The notes beneath the pieces are model-generated. The model did no database searches. It was not told the DNA's origin and saw only the letters and a list, made by a program, of their open reading frames with translations. Source: a candidate division FCPU426 bacterium (GTDB lineage: Bacteria; Oederibacteriota; Muellerivitia; Muellerivitales; Muellerivitaceae). From it: 64,000 nucleotides of DNA. The stretch covers positions 32,001 through 96,000 of the forward strand of contig CAVTWJ010000010.1 of the NCBI GenBank assembly GCA_963738405.1, in the 5' to 3' direction. Of the stretch, positions 9,299 to 19,276 are shown piece after piece. Every line of letters begins with the position of its first letter. Position 1 is the stretch's first letter. A program made the position numbers and the translations under genes.

Positions 9299-10615
9299 TT
9301 ACTCTTGAAACTCCGGGATTTCAACCGTGCTGTCAACCAACCGCGCGGCCTTGTTGCCCACATCCACGGCGAAATTAGTACCCCGGTCCTCGGGATAGAC
9401 TAAAGCCATATTGGCCAGAAAAAGATTGTGGATAGGTGTTTCGTATCCGGGTTTCAGGGCGCTGTAATGGAGTGGCACCACCGGTTGGGCGAAGAGGTCC
9501 TGGAACAAATAAATTTCCTCGATTACGGAAGGATCGAACCCGGGCTTGATGCTTTGGAGGTGGGGAAGCAATTCAGCGAAAATATCCTCTTTTTTCATCT
9601 TGAAGTACTTGTGGTCTTGCGGGAGATAGTTGGCCACATACATCAAATGCTTACCGCCATACCATTCCCGGGGAGCGAAATTGGTGTGCTCGATGAGGGC
9701 CAGAATAGGATTATCCGAGTCGCCGACATTGATCCAATACATGTCGCTGAATTTTTCTTTCATCACCAGGATTAGGCATTGGGCGCCTAGAAAATCAAGT
9801 TGGGTGAGGCGTTGAACGTAGTCGTTGGGAAGCTCCGGGCAGGTTTTTAGGAAGATGGGGGTCGCGGCCGCGAAGATCAATTTATCAAACGTTTTTTCCC
9901 CATCGGGCAATTCCAAACCCTTGAACTCGGCGTTTTGGGTCAGGACCCGCCGGATGGGCGTGTTCAGGTGGATCCGCACTCCCGCTTTGCTCGCGCCCTC
10001 GGCGAGGGCATGATGAAACACCTCGAAGCCGCCCTTGAAGTAGCCAAGGGTCTCCTTGGCCCCCTTGCGCGAGGAGAATCGGGTATGAACCCTGGCCCAG
10101 AACCAAGCCATGGCAACCTTGTCGAAGTAACGGTCGAATTTTCCTTTTAAAAGGGGTTCCCAGATGATCCGCATAACGGCGGGTCCGGTGTGCTTTTTAA
10201 GCCATTCATAGGCGGTGACGGATTCAAAAGGCTTCCAGTTATTCTTCAAACCCAGATAAAGACCCTGGAAGCCAAACCAGATTCTTTCCCAGAAGGGAAG
10301 GAGGGGCAGCTTTAAGATTTGGGAGGGGGTTCCGAAGGGGTAAAGTTTACCTTGATATGAAAGGCCCATTTGGCTTGGAAGCCAGTGTAGGCTGTCCCGG
10401 ATACCTAACTCATCTACCAGCCCCCTAATCTTCACGTCGCTGGTGAAAATATGATGGTAATACCTCTCTAAGGTTGTTCCTGCGATGGGAAAACCGGCGG
10501 CCAAACCGCCCACATGATCAGAAGCCTCATAAACATCCACTTCATGGCCCTTTTTGGCCAGGCGATAGGCCGCTGTCAGGCCCGCTACCCCCGCCCCAAC
10601 GACACCAATTTTCAT
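9299..10615 (-). CDS. FAD-dependent oxidoreductase (amine oxidase/protoporphyrinogen oxidase-like family)
   Basis: MKIGVVGAGVAGL Rossmann fold, GGLA, ERYYHHIF, VYPEDRGTN; start overlaps the upstream stop. Confidence 0.88.
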   Translation of the reverse strand: MKIGVVGAGVAGLTAAYRLAKKGHEVDVYEASDHVGGLAAGFPIAGTTLERYYHHIFTSDVKIRGLVDELGIRDSLHWLPSQMGLSYQGKLYPFGTPSQILKLPLLPFWERIWFGFQGLYLGLKNNWKPFESVTAYEWLKKHTGPAVMRIIWEPLLKGKFDRYFDKVAMAWFWARVHTRFSSRKGAKETLGYFKGGFEVFHHALAEGASKAGVRIHLNTPIRRVLTQNAEFKGLELPDGEKTFDKLIFAAATPIFLKTCPELPNDYVQRLTQLDFLGAQCLILVMKEKFSDMYWINVGDSDNPILALIEHTNFAPREWYGGKHLMYVANYLPQDHKYFKMKKEDIFAELLPHLQSIKPGFDPSVIEEIYLFQDLFAQPVVPLHYSALKPGYETPIHNLFLANMALVYPEDRGTNFAVDVGNKAARLVDSTVEIPEFQE

Positions 10616-11643
10616 TTTTTTGCCCTTTTCGGTTTTTGTTCTTCTTCCCGGCTTTTTTCCAGTTTTTTGAGGCTTAGGTGTTCCAGGCTCATGTAGTAAA
10701 GCCCCAAAAGATTGATGGGAAGCCATACCACGAAGTGGACAATGAGGATATAGCCGACGGCCACCTCGGTTGGAACCGTAAGGGAAATAAGGAGTGTTTT
10801 TCCCACAAATTCAAAAAGCCCGAAACCGCCCGGGGCATTGGGAACCAGAATGGCGATGTTTACCACCGCCATGAGCAAAGCGGCTGACCAAAGGGTGATC
10901 GGGGTTGGGGCGATTCCCATGCCGATGGCGAGAAGATAATAGCTGCCGAACTCACAGGTCCAGGCGGCCAAAGAAAAGGCCAATACGAGAAACGACTCGC
11001 GGATGTTTTGAAGAATCTTAAGACCATCGATGAAAGTATGGGCGATTTTATCAAGCGGGCTGCTTATCTTGGTGGGGAGAAGCTGGGTGAAAAAACCGAC
11101 CACCCACATGGCTCGGTCCCGCAGTAAAACAACAATAAACAAAACTAAAAAGGCGGTGCCGAAAACGTAGGGACATTTGTGTATGGCAGATTGAAGCCGC
11201 GGGTCAAGGGTTTCGGTTTGCAGATGACCAAAGGTGAGGGCGGCCCAGAGGATAATCAGCATGGCTAGGCCGTCAAAGATGCGCTCAACGATGATAGTGG
11301 CCAAGGACGCGCTTCGACTGATGTTTTCTTTGCTTCCGTTTAAATAAGCCCGAACAAATTCTCCAGCCCTGGCGGGCAAAAGATTGTTAGCCATGAACCC
11401 GATGATCAAAGTGGGAAAAAGATTGTTAAAAGAACACTTTTTGATGGGTGAAAGGAGGATCACCCAGCGGAATCCGCGGATAATATAACCGGCAAGATAA
11501 ATCAAAAGGGCCGGAAGAAGCCAGATGAGTTGAAAATGAAAAATCGCGTCCCAAAGCTGGTCCCAATGAACGTCTTTTAACACAAAAAAGAACATCACGG
11601 CCATGACGAGGAAACCAAACCAAATAACTTTTTTGGATAACAT
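10612..11643 (-). CDS. lysylphosphatidylglycerol synthase TM-domain / UPF0104 flippase-like protein
   Basis: GFMANNLLPARAGE, ERIFD, PNAPGGFGLFE; multi-TM. Confidence 0.88.
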   Translation of the reverse strand: MLSKKVIWFGFLVMAVMFFFVLKDVHWDQLWDAIFHFQLIWLLPALLIYLAGYIIRGFRWVILLSPIKKCSFNNLFPTLIIGFMANNLLPARAGEFVRAYLNGSKENISRSASLATIIVERIFDGLAMLIILWAALTFGHLQTETLDPRLQSAIHKCPYVFGTAFLVLFIVVLLRDRAMWVVGFFTQLLPTKISSPLDKIAHTFIDGLKILQNIRESFLVLAFSLAAWTCEFGSYYLLAIGMGIAPTPITLWSAALLMAVVNIAILVPNAPGGFGLFEFVGKTLLISLTVPTEVAVGYILIVHFVVWLPINLLGLYYMSLEHLSLKKLEKSREEEQKPKRAKK

Positions 11644-11810
11644 TGCGCCCTTTCTTTCTTGAAATGCGCCAGTATTTTGCCCGAAATGGGTCGAAAATAG
11701 AAATGGTTTTAGGGGTAAACCGTTCGCCTTTAAGCGATCGACCGAATAGGTGGTGACATCCCAAAGGGCGAAGTAGAATAACTTCGATTGATAACCCTCA
11801 GGAGGATTTT

Positions 11811-12911
11811 ATGAAAAGCAACTTTTGGCTGGGTTTGGGGTTGGTATGGGTGTTTCCCGCCTGGGTCGCGGCGCAAACTCCAACTTCTGCGGCGATAAAT
11901 CCTTCGGATGCCGCCTCCAGCCCGGCGGCGTCCTCTAGCTTTAAAAGTTTCAAAGAGGCCTATAAGGCGGGTAACCAGGCGGCGAAGGACCGGAAATGGG
12001 ATGATGCGGCCGGGGATTACGCTCAAGCGGCATCACTGGCCCCCAACGATAAATCCAAAAGCCAGGCTTTAAATTCACAAGGATGGGCGCTCCTCAAGCA
12101 AAAGAAATGGAAGCCAGCCGAGGCTGCCCTTAAACAGGCGGTCGATGCCGATGGAACCAATAAAACGGCCGAAAAAAACCTGGGAGTGGCTAGTTTTCGT
12201 ATTTATGAATACGGCTTTGGAGGTCCTGAAGACCTAAAAATGGCCGTCACGAATCTGGAGGCGGGGGGAGACACGGACCTGTTGGAAATGGCCAAGGGCG
12301 CCCAGACGAGGGAAGACAGCTACGCTCAGGTGACTCCGGAGGCCGAACCCAAACTGAATAGCTTGAGCTACAAGGCGCTGGTGGCTTTGGGGAACAAGGC
12401 CCAGGCCCAGGGTGAATTCGACCTCGCTTTGAAAATTTTCAAGAAGGCGGGGGAAGTGGCGCGCTCCGCCGTCTCCCAAGGCAACGCAGCTAATCTTCAA
12501 GGAAAACTCCTTTTGGATGCCCGCCGCCCGCACGAGTCCATTCCCTATTTTGAAGAGGCCGTCAAGGATCAGCCAAATGAAAAGGTTTACTTGAATAACT
12601 TGGGTTTTGGCTACTGGGTCTATTACGATTCGGGAAAGGGTGATGAGGAAACCTTGAAAAAAGCTGTCGACGCCTTTTATAAAGCCAACGCGATTGACCC
12701 ATCTTTTCATAAAGATAACCTCGTGATGGCCTTGGATGAGTTGAGAGAAATTGATCCGGACGCGGCCAAAAAATATTCGGCGACCACTGAAAAATCCGAG
12801 GATGCCACTTCGGATGAAGCTTCTAACGAATCGTCCGCCACTTCCCCGGCCGCTTCCGAAACCCCATCGCATAAAACAGATGAAGTCCCCGAGGGTGATA
12901 ATTCCAAGTAA
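11811..12911 (+). CDS. exported TPR-repeat protein
   Basis: Signal peptide, TPR-like helices, acidic tail; AGGAGG RBS. Confidence 0.8.
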   Translation: MKSNFWLGLGLVWVFPAWVAAQTPTSAAINPSDAASSPAASSSFKSFKEAYKAGNQAAKDRKWDDAAGDYAQAASLAPNDKSKSQALNSQGWALLKQKKWKPAEAALKQAVDADGTNKTAEKNLGVASFRIYEYGFGGPEDLKMAVTNLEAGGDTDLLEMAKGAQTREDSYAQVTPEAEPKLNSLSYKALVALGNKAQAQGEFDLALKIFKKAGEVARSAVSQGNAANLQGKLLLDARRPHESIPYFEEAVKDQPNEKVYLNNLGFGYWVYYDSGKGDEETLKKAVDAFYKANAIDPSFHKDNLVMALDELREIDPDAAKKYSATTEKSEDATSDEASNESSATSPAASETPSHKTDEVPEGDNSK

Positions 12912-13554
12912 CCTCCCAATAACCCCTCAAAGGCAACTGGATCTGTTGCATGGGAGAATCCGGGCCTGTTCCCTCTGCTTTCCCAAGGGAGGGAACTGTC
13001 CGGTCTCGGGTACGGGTACGGCTTTAAAAGGCGGCCTTTTTTTATTGGGCCAAGCCCCCGGGATCAAAGAACCAGCGGCTCAAAAAAATTTCGCTTGGAC
13101 CGCCGGGAAGCGGCTTTTTCAATGGTTCGCAACCATCGGAATGTCCGAGGAAAATATCAGGATTCACGCTTACATTACCGCTGTCACCAAGTGTTATCCG
13201 GGCAAGGCTTCTCATGGCAAGGGCGACCGTAAACCCAGCCCTGCCGAAGTCGCCCATTGTTCCCCTTACCTTCAAGAAGCCCTGCGCCTACTAGCTCCCT
13301 CAGTCATCGTACCCATCGGCGCTATGGCCATTGAACAGGTTATGGGACCTCATCTTTTTTCCGACGTGATCGGAAGGGAGTTCAAAAAGGATATGCCGGG
13401 GGGAAAGGCTTTTATTATTCCTATTCCCCATCCCTCGGGGGCTAGTCCTTGGCCCTATCTGCCTGGTAACAGAGAAAAATTAGATAAAGCCTTCCGGTTG
13501 ATCCGGTCCCGGCTTCTTAAAGAAAAGCTTTATTCCCGTTTTGAAAGCGTGTGA
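12895..13554 (+). CDS. uracil-DNA glycosylase superfamily protein
   Basis: CSLC, GQAPG, TAVTKCYPG, HPSGAS; GTG start at 12895 inferred. Confidence 0.85.
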   Translation: MIIPSNLPITPQRQLDLLHGRIRACSLCFPKGGNCPVSGTGTALKGGLFLLGQAPGIKEPAAQKNFAWTAGKRLFQWFATIGMSEENIRIHAYITAVTKCYPGKASHGKGDRKPSPAEVAHCSPYLQEALRLLAPSVIVPIGAMAIEQVMGPHLFSDVIGREFKKDMPGGKAFIIPIPHPSGASPWPYLPGNREKLDKAFRLIRSRLLKEKLYSRFESV

Positions 13555-13664
13555 AGTTTGAATGGCTGTATCTTTTAAAAAGCATTGGATAAAATAACCC
13601 CTCTTGCCGTGCCGTTGAACCAGGGCGGTGTTTTCAAACGACTTCAATTGATAAGGAGAGCCTC

Positions 13665-15134
13665 ATGCAATTTTTGACCATCTCGACCCCCGCGGCAAAA
13701 GATAACTGCTTGATATATTTTGCCTATGAAAAGGAAAAGGGCTTTGCAAATGCCTTGGGGAAAGAAGGGGACTTAATTCGCACGGGGCTTGAAGCGGAAG
13801 GATTTACGGGAAAGGAATCTTCTGCGGCCGTTGCCTATCCACGGGGCAAGGGCGAGACCCACAAGGTCATTGCCTTAGGGTTGGGGCCCAAATCAGGCTT
13901 CAGCTTGGAATCCATTCGAAGGGCAGGCGGCCGGTTGGCCCGGAAGGCGCGGGAAATCAGGCTAGAAGAAATAGCGGTTGTTTGGCCGGGGTTTTTTACC
14001 GATGAACATTTATCGGCTTTCGCCGAGGGGCTTTTGCTTGGTTCCTATCAATTCAACAGATATAAAACAGCCAGCAAGGATAGTCCTGCCGGTCTACAGA
14101 AGGTTTATGTTCAAGTCAAAAAGGATCGGAAATCCAAAGCTGATAAAGCTTTGGCGCAAGCCCAGGCTTTTGGGGCAGGGACCCTTTTGGCTAGAGACCT
14201 TATCAATGGAGCGCCCAGCGATGTGACTCCCAAAGTTTTGGCTGACACGGCCCGAAAAATTGCCAAGGGCAATATCCGGCTTAAACTTTTTGTGAAAAAA
14301 GACCTGATCCGGATGGGAGCGGGCGGCCTCCTGGGGGTAAACCGGGGAAGTGCACAGGAACCCTACCTCATTCATCTCCATTACAAACCTAAAGGAAAAA
14401 CGAATAAGTCTATCGCCTTGGTGGGCAAGGGAATAACCTTTGATTCGGGGGGGTTGTCCTTGAAACCCGCTTCCGGCATGGAAACCATGAAAATGGATAT
14501 GTCGGGTGCCGCGGCGGTTTTGGGTGTTTTCAGCCAATTAGCTAAAACTCAGCCTCAAATCGAGGTTCATGGAATCATTCCTACCACTGAAAATATGCCC
14601 GGGGGCAGGGCCTATAAGCCCGGCGATGTTTTGACAGCGCTCAATGGGAAGACGATGGAAGTCCTAAACACCGATGCGGAAGGAAGGCTGATTCTTTCGG
14701 ACGGGCTCAGCTATGCTGAGCGCATGAAGGTTGACGGTATTATCGATTTGGCGACTCTGACTGGGGCTTGTGTGGTGGCCCTTGGATCTCTCGTGGCTGG
14801 AGCTTTGTCCAATAATGAGGCCTTTCTTAACAGGTTTAAGGCCGCAACCGAAGTGGAAGGTGAACCCATTTGGGAATTACCACTTGTGAATGAGTATAAA
14901 GATGACATCAAAAGTAAGGTGGCCGACATAAAGAATATTGGAAGCGGAAGGGAAGCTGGAACCATTACGGCGGCACTTTTTCTTCAAGAATTTGTGGGGG
15001 AAACCCCCTGGATTCACTTGGATATTGCTGGTCCCGCCTATTTGGAAAGGGAATTTTCGGCCGTTCCCTATTTGACCCATGGTGGAACCGGGCTTATGGT
15101 TCGAAGTCTGCTGAATTTCCTCGAAAATGAGTGA
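13665..15134 (+). CDS. pepA: leucyl aminopeptidase (M17)
   Basis: VGKGITFDSGG, MKMDMSG, NTDAEGRL, ATLTGA, HLDIAG. Confidence 0.96.
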   Translation: MQFLTISTPAAKDNCLIYFAYEKEKGFANALGKEGDLIRTGLEAEGFTGKESSAAVAYPRGKGETHKVIALGLGPKSGFSLESIRRAGGRLARKAREIRLEEIAVVWPGFFTDEHLSAFAEGLLLGSYQFNRYKTASKDSPAGLQKVYVQVKKDRKSKADKALAQAQAFGAGTLLARDLINGAPSDVTPKVLADTARKIAKGNIRLKLFVKKDLIRMGAGGLLGVNRGSAQEPYLIHLHYKPKGKTNKSIALVGKGITFDSGGLSLKPASGMETMKMDMSGAAAVLGVFSQLAKTQPQIEVHGIIPTTENMPGGRAYKPGDVLTALNGKTMEVLNTDAEGRLILSDGLSYAERMKVDGIIDLATLTGACVVALGSLVAGALSNNEAFLNRFKAATEVEGEPIWELPLVNEYKDDIKSKVADIKNIGSGREAGTITAALFLQEFVGETPWIHLDIAGPAYLEREFSAVPYLTHGGTGLMVRSLLNFLENE

Positions 15135-15269
15135 TTTTCGTCAATAGGAAAGGGGTAACTCCCCTTTCTTGGATCTGAATTCCCCAATTGATAATTGGTT
15201 GAGTTATTTATATTTTTCCTTAGAAACTGGATGGCCTGCGAAGAAATTCAGGCCTTTTGACTTCAATTA

Positions 15270-15296
15270 TGAAACCTGCGGGCCTTTTGAACCGTC
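15270..15296 (+). promoter_or_regulatory. putative ECF-sigma-dependent (autoregulatory) promoter
   Basis: TGAAAC-N17-CGTC directly upstream of the ECF sigma gene. Confidence 0.6.
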
Positions 15297-15322
15297 CTAA
15301 GAATAGGTAAGCCAGGTGAAAC

Positions 15323-15871
15323 ATGACCGAACTTGAGGCGATTGATCGGTGCCGGGCGGGGGATATCGCCGGGCTTCATGTTTTATATGAACTTCATCAA
15401 AAAAAGGTTTACAACCTTTCCTGGAGGATGCTGGGAACCCCTCAAGATGCCGAAGACGCCTTGCAAGAAGTTTTTATTAAGGTTTTCGATCGAGTCAAAA
15501 ATTACCGGGGTGATTCGGCTTTCAGCACCTGGTTGTACCGGATGACCGCCAATCATTGCCTTGATATCCTGAGGAGGCGGAAGATACTCTCGTTTATGGG
15601 GTTTGAGAACGCCCCGGAAGTGGAAGACAAAAAGCAAAGCGGCCGGGAAGTGGACCTGGGGTTGAGCCCGGTAATTGAAGCGGCCCTCCAAAAACTGCCC
15701 GAGAAACAGCGGGTCTGCTTGTTGATGCGGGAAATGGAAGAATTAAGTTACGAGGAAATAGCCGAGGCTTTGGGTCTTTCCCTGGGATCGGTTAAGTCGA
15801 ACATTTTTCGGGCGAAGGGATTTTTAAAATCCAGCCTGGAAAAAGAAGGGGTTTCACCCGCGGATCTTTAA
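15323..15871 (+). CDS. ECF RNA polymerase sigma factor
   Basis: DAEDALQEVF, FSTWLYRMTAN, region 4 SYEEIAEALGLSLGSVKS. Confidence 0.95.
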   Translation: MTELEAIDRCRAGDIAGLHVLYELHQKKVYNLSWRMLGTPQDAEDALQEVFIKVFDRVKNYRGDSAFSTWLYRMTANHCLDILRRRKILSFMGFENAPEVEDKKQSGREVDLGLSPVIEAALQKLPEKQRVCLLMREMEELSYEEIAEALGLSLGSVKSNIFRAKGFLKSSLEKEGVSPADL

Positions 15872-15899
15872 ACCGGGTGCAACGAACGCGAGGTGGACC

Positions 15900-16331
15900 A
15901 TGAAAATCGAATGGAAAGACCAGGATCTGGAACGGATCTTGAAAAACCTGAATGAAACTGAAAAAGTTTCCCAGGTTTCCGATAGGGTTTGGGCGCGAAT
16001 TGAGTCCTGCCTTTCTGAGCGGGAGTCTTCTTGGTTGAATCATAAGGTGTGGCGCCCGCTGGGCCATCCGATCCGCTGGGTTATGGCGGCTAGTTTTCTT
16101 TTTTTGGCTTTGGGTGCTGCCGTTTACCAAAACCAGTTTAAAGAACAGATGGACCTAAATGCCTATCTTCTGAACATCTCCAACCCGGCCGAAAATATCG
16201 CCAAGGATTCGGGTGAGGTAAGGATTTCTTCCATCATTTCGGAAACTCCCAGCCAGGAGGGCGCGGTGATTTTAATCGGCGATGATGAGCACCCAGCTGT
16301 TCAAATAAGCGGGGATGACCTGCTGCTTTGA
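15900..16331 (+). CDS. putative single-TM anti-sigma factor
   Basis: Directly downstream of the ECF gene; cytoplasmic N-terminus and one TM helix. Confidence 0.6.
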   Translation: MKIEWKDQDLERILKNLNETEKVSQVSDRVWARIESCLSERESSWLNHKVWRPLGHPIRWVMAASFLFLALGAAVYQNQFKEQMDLNAYLLNISNPAENIAKDSGEVRISSIISETPSQEGAVILIGDDEHPAVQISGDDLLL

Positions 16332-16362
16332 TCCATCAACCTGCAGGGACAAGGGGTTCAAA

Positions 16363-16842
16363 ATGAGTAATACTCGATGGGCTTTGGCCTTTATCCTGGG
16401 AATGATTTTTTGCGGTCCCTCCGCTGCGGTTTCAGAAAACGCTTCTACGGTTTCGGATGGAAAAGCCAAGCCCGCTGAAACCGAATTGGGTCAAATCCCA
16501 CGGTTTCAAATCCTCAAGAAGCTTCAGTTAACCCCCAAACAAATGGACCGGCTCTACACTCTGCGCGCCCATTACCGAAAAACAGACGCTGAATTAAAAG
16601 GGAAACTTCAGGTAAAACAGGTGGAACTGGAAAATGAGTTGGAAAAGCCCAGTCCCGAGCCCTTAAAAATTGATCAAATCACCGGCGAAATTGGGGTGCT
16701 TTACGGCCAGCGCATCGCTCTGAAAGCCAAATCCAATATTGAATTGGAAGACAATATTCTCACCCCCGATCAAGAGGAAAAACTGAAAGAAATTGAGTCG
16801 AAGGTTTTGACTCCCGAATCAACCGCAAACCCCAAAAATTAA
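16363..16842 (+). CDS. Spy/CpxP-like periplasmic protein (heavy-metal sensor family)
   Basis: Signal peptide; LQLTPKQ and ILTPDQ (LTxxQ) motifs. Confidence 0.8.
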   Translation: MSNTRWALAFILGMIFCGPSAAVSENASTVSDGKAKPAETELGQIPRFQILKKLQLTPKQMDRLYTLRAHYRKTDAELKGKLQVKQVELENELEKPSPEPLKIDQITGEIGVLYGQRIALKAKSNIELEDNILTPDQEEKLKEIESKVLTPESTANPKN

Positions 16843-16953
16843 CAATTAAAATTGCGCTTTGAGAAAGATTTACCCAAAGTGCGACTTTCTTAAGATGTCT
16901 GAAAAAACTGGACGGCAAATTTTATCCATTTTTTTCTTTCAATTCGTTTAACT

Positions 16954-16981
16954 TTGACAATTTGACTGTTAGAAGTAAAAT
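16954..16981 (+). promoter_or_regulatory. putative sigma70 promoter (possibly leaderless transcript)
   Basis: TTGACA-N16-TAAAAT; ATG 7 nt downstream. Confidence 0.5.
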
Positions 16982-16988
16982 TTAATAC

Positions 16989-17552
16989 ATGAGCCTTTTG
17001 ATTATGAACCTCGCCTCCCCCTTCCTGAACTACCTGAAAAGGCTGGTGACAGGTATTGAGTTCAAAAAGTTCAAGGACGCCGTCCGCCGCAATCCCAATG
17101 ACCACCTCTTAAGGGTTCGTTTCGCTAAGTTCTGTCTGAACCAATATTTCGACGAAAAGGGCAAGTCCAAAATGCACGGAGTGGAAGCGGTCAATCAATT
17201 TGAGAATATCAACCATTCTGAAGTGATGGACTTGGAAGTTTATTATTTGATGGGGAAGTTTTATCAGGGTCAAAACAATGAAAAGGCCATCGCAATTTAC
17301 CGGAAGGGAATTACCCGTTATAACGAGTTTTCCACAAAGAACTTGGATTTCCGGCACGAGTATGTGGAACTGGCTTTTTCCATCGCCTTGAATTTGCTGC
17401 ACCTTGAAAACAATCAGGCCGACCCTGAATTGGAGAAATTTTTCAAAGTTATCCGAAGGACTTATCTCAAGAGATTTTTTGACGAAAAAATGGGTTTTGG
17501 CCCCGAGATTCTTGGCGGAGCCCACGGCGATGTCCGCCCCATTGCCAACTAA
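16989..17552 (+). CDS. hypothetical alpha-helical (TPR-like) protein
   Basis: Fills the intergenic space; YYLMGKFY...KAIAIY TPR-like pattern. Confidence 0.6.
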   Translation: MSLLIMNLASPFLNYLKRLVTGIEFKKFKDAVRRNPNDHLLRVRFAKFCLNQYFDEKGKSKMHGVEAVNQFENINHSEVMDLEVYYLMGKFYQGQNNEKAIAIYRKGITRYNEFSTKNLDFRHEYVELAFSIALNLLHLENNQADPELEKFFKVIRRTYLKRFFDEKMGFGPEILGGAHGDVRPIAN

Positions 17553-17620
17553 GCTTCCTACCTAAAATCCTTTATCTCCCTGTCTTTACCGGTTCTTTAC
17601 CCGCCCTTTTTTGATTTTTT

Positions 17621-18235
17621 CTAAACTAACGGCTTAATTTTATCGGCTAGGGTCATGAGGCTCCAGGCGAGGATAAAGCCGACCCCTAAGAAAAAAATAT
17701 AAAGTCCAGGGCTGAAAAAGGGGAAATGGGGCCCGGCCACCATGCAAAAAACCAAGGGAACAGATAAATAAGCGTTCAACCGGGACGCCTTAACCGCTCG
17801 CGGCCCCAGGAAAGGGGGAACGGGCTGTCCTGTTTTGATCCCCTGGATGATCTTGCGCTGGCAAGGCCAGATGATAAACCAGACGTTGAACCACATGAGG
17901 GTTCCAAAGGCCATCCCGGTCAAAATCCAGTAGCCGGGGGGGCTGTTGAGGTCCCGGACGTGGCCCGGCGCCAAGTAAACCAAGTAAAGAAGCGCCAAAC
18001 CTAAGATAAAGGTGGCCATAGCGGCCCAGCGGAAAAAGAAAAGGGCGCGGGGCATCAATTCGGGCACGACCTTTTGCCGGGTTTCAGAAGTGAGGGTCTT
18101 GTTGAAGGGGCCGTTGACAAGGTTAAAAAAATACAATAAACCCACCCAAACAATGCTCGAAACAACATGAAGCCACCGGATGATGATTTCGGCAAGGTAA
18201 CCGGGTCCAATATCCATTTTTTCCTCCAGATCCAT
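17621..18235 (-). CDS. PuuD/DUF989-like membrane protein (urate hydroxylase family, no cytochrome c domain)
   Basis: RWLHV...WVGLLYFFN, FFFRWAA, MWFNVWFIIWPCQ, SRLNAYLSVP. Confidence 0.8.
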   Translation of the reverse strand: MDLEEKMDIGPGYLAEIIIRWLHVVSSIVWVGLLYFFNLVNGPFNKTLTSETRQKVVPELMPRALFFFRWAAMATFILGLALLYLVYLAPGHVRDLNSPPGYWILTGMAFGTLMWFNVWFIIWPCQRKIIQGIKTGQPVPPFLGPRAVKASRLNAYLSVPLVFCMVAGPHFPFFSPGLYIFFLGVGFILAWSLMTLADKIKPLV

Positions 18236-18406
18236 TGTCCTAAGAACGAAATCCTACGGTAGGGATGAAGTGGGGCCCTGTCAAGCAATGGGCCGGAAAG
18301 GGCTTTGTATTTTTCGTTTTGATTCCTTGAAGGCTTTTGTGCATGATGAAGGCCTGCCCCTTTTAGTTTGGGGAAGAATCAAGTCAATTCAGGGATTTAA
18401 GACTGC

Positions 18407-19276
18407 ATGAACGAATGTGAACAGTTGCACCCCCATCTGCGGGGGTACTTGGATGATCGGTTAACCGCCCGGGACCGCCGTATGGTGGCTCGTCATCTCA
18501 ATCTTTGCGCCAACGCCCGCAAGGAACTGGATCGGCTCCGCCAAGGGGTCAAACCCGCGACCGTTTTGGACCAGCCCTTGAACGTGCCTTGGGATCAAAA
18601 AATTCTTAATTGGATGTTTCGGCCAAAACCGGTCAAGGATGATCCTCCCCCGGGTCTTTCCACAAAATCCCCCAAACGCCGTTCGGGTTCAATCCCTTCA
18701 TCTTCCACTGAATCTCCCTCGGCACCACCGCCCAAGAACCCCTCCCTTTTACGAAGCCCACTACTTTGGTTCATGGTTCTTCTTTTGGGACTCATCTTTT
18801 TGACCCATCTGGTACAAAACGCCGGCCAATACAAAAGTCTCGTGAGCATTCAGCGATGGATGGCCCGCCAGGGGATTTCTTTTTTTGGACCCAAATCCAC
18901 TTTGGATTTGGTCATGGACGTGACCCTTCCCCATTGGGAGGGTGACGATTCTCCTGTTGGTTTTGAATACGGGGATATTGTCAGGGATCAGGAGCATTTA
19001 CAGGTTTACTGGATGCTTCTGGAACCCGGAGTGGATATGCCCCAGATCGATTTTACCAAAAACGTTCTAGTACTACGTTTTCTGGGTCAGAAGCCAACAC
19101 CCGGGTATGGGATCAAATTCAAACGGTTGGAGGATTATTCGGACAAGACCCTGGTTTATTACGACGAATGGGGCCCCTCAGCGGCCTCGACCCTGACGGG
19201 GGACACCCGGCCCTGGACACTCCAAGTCATTCCAAAACCTCCCCAGGAACCTTTGCTTCAACAGAAAATTCAGTGA
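18407..19276 (+). CDS. zf-HC2-like N-terminus, TM helix and PrcB-like C-terminal domain protein
   Basis: CEQL...YLDDRL...HLNLCANAR; PQIDF...FLGQKPTPGYGI PrcB-like motif. Confidence 0.7.
   Translation: MNECEQLHPHLRGYLDDRLTARDRRMVARHLNLCANARKELDRLRQGVKPATVLDQPLNVPWDQKILNWMFRPKPVKDDPPPGLSTKSPKRRSGSIPSSSTESPSAPPPKNPSLLRSPLLWFMVLLLGLIFLTHLVQNAGQYKSLVSIQRWMARQGISFFGPKSTLDLVMDVTLPHWEGDDSPVGFEYGDIVRDQEHLQVYWMLLEPGVDMPQIDFTKNVLVLRFLGQKPTPGYGIKFKRLEDYSDKTLVYYDEWGPSAASTLTGDTRPWTLQVIPKPPQEPLLQQKIQ

Noticed and set aside
12751..12894. Long N-terminal extension of the UDG ORF (similar extensions on the oxidoreductase, ribBA, ligA, the dipeptidase and the second permease)
   Set aside because: Each overlaps the upstream gene; downstream starts match the family N-termini better
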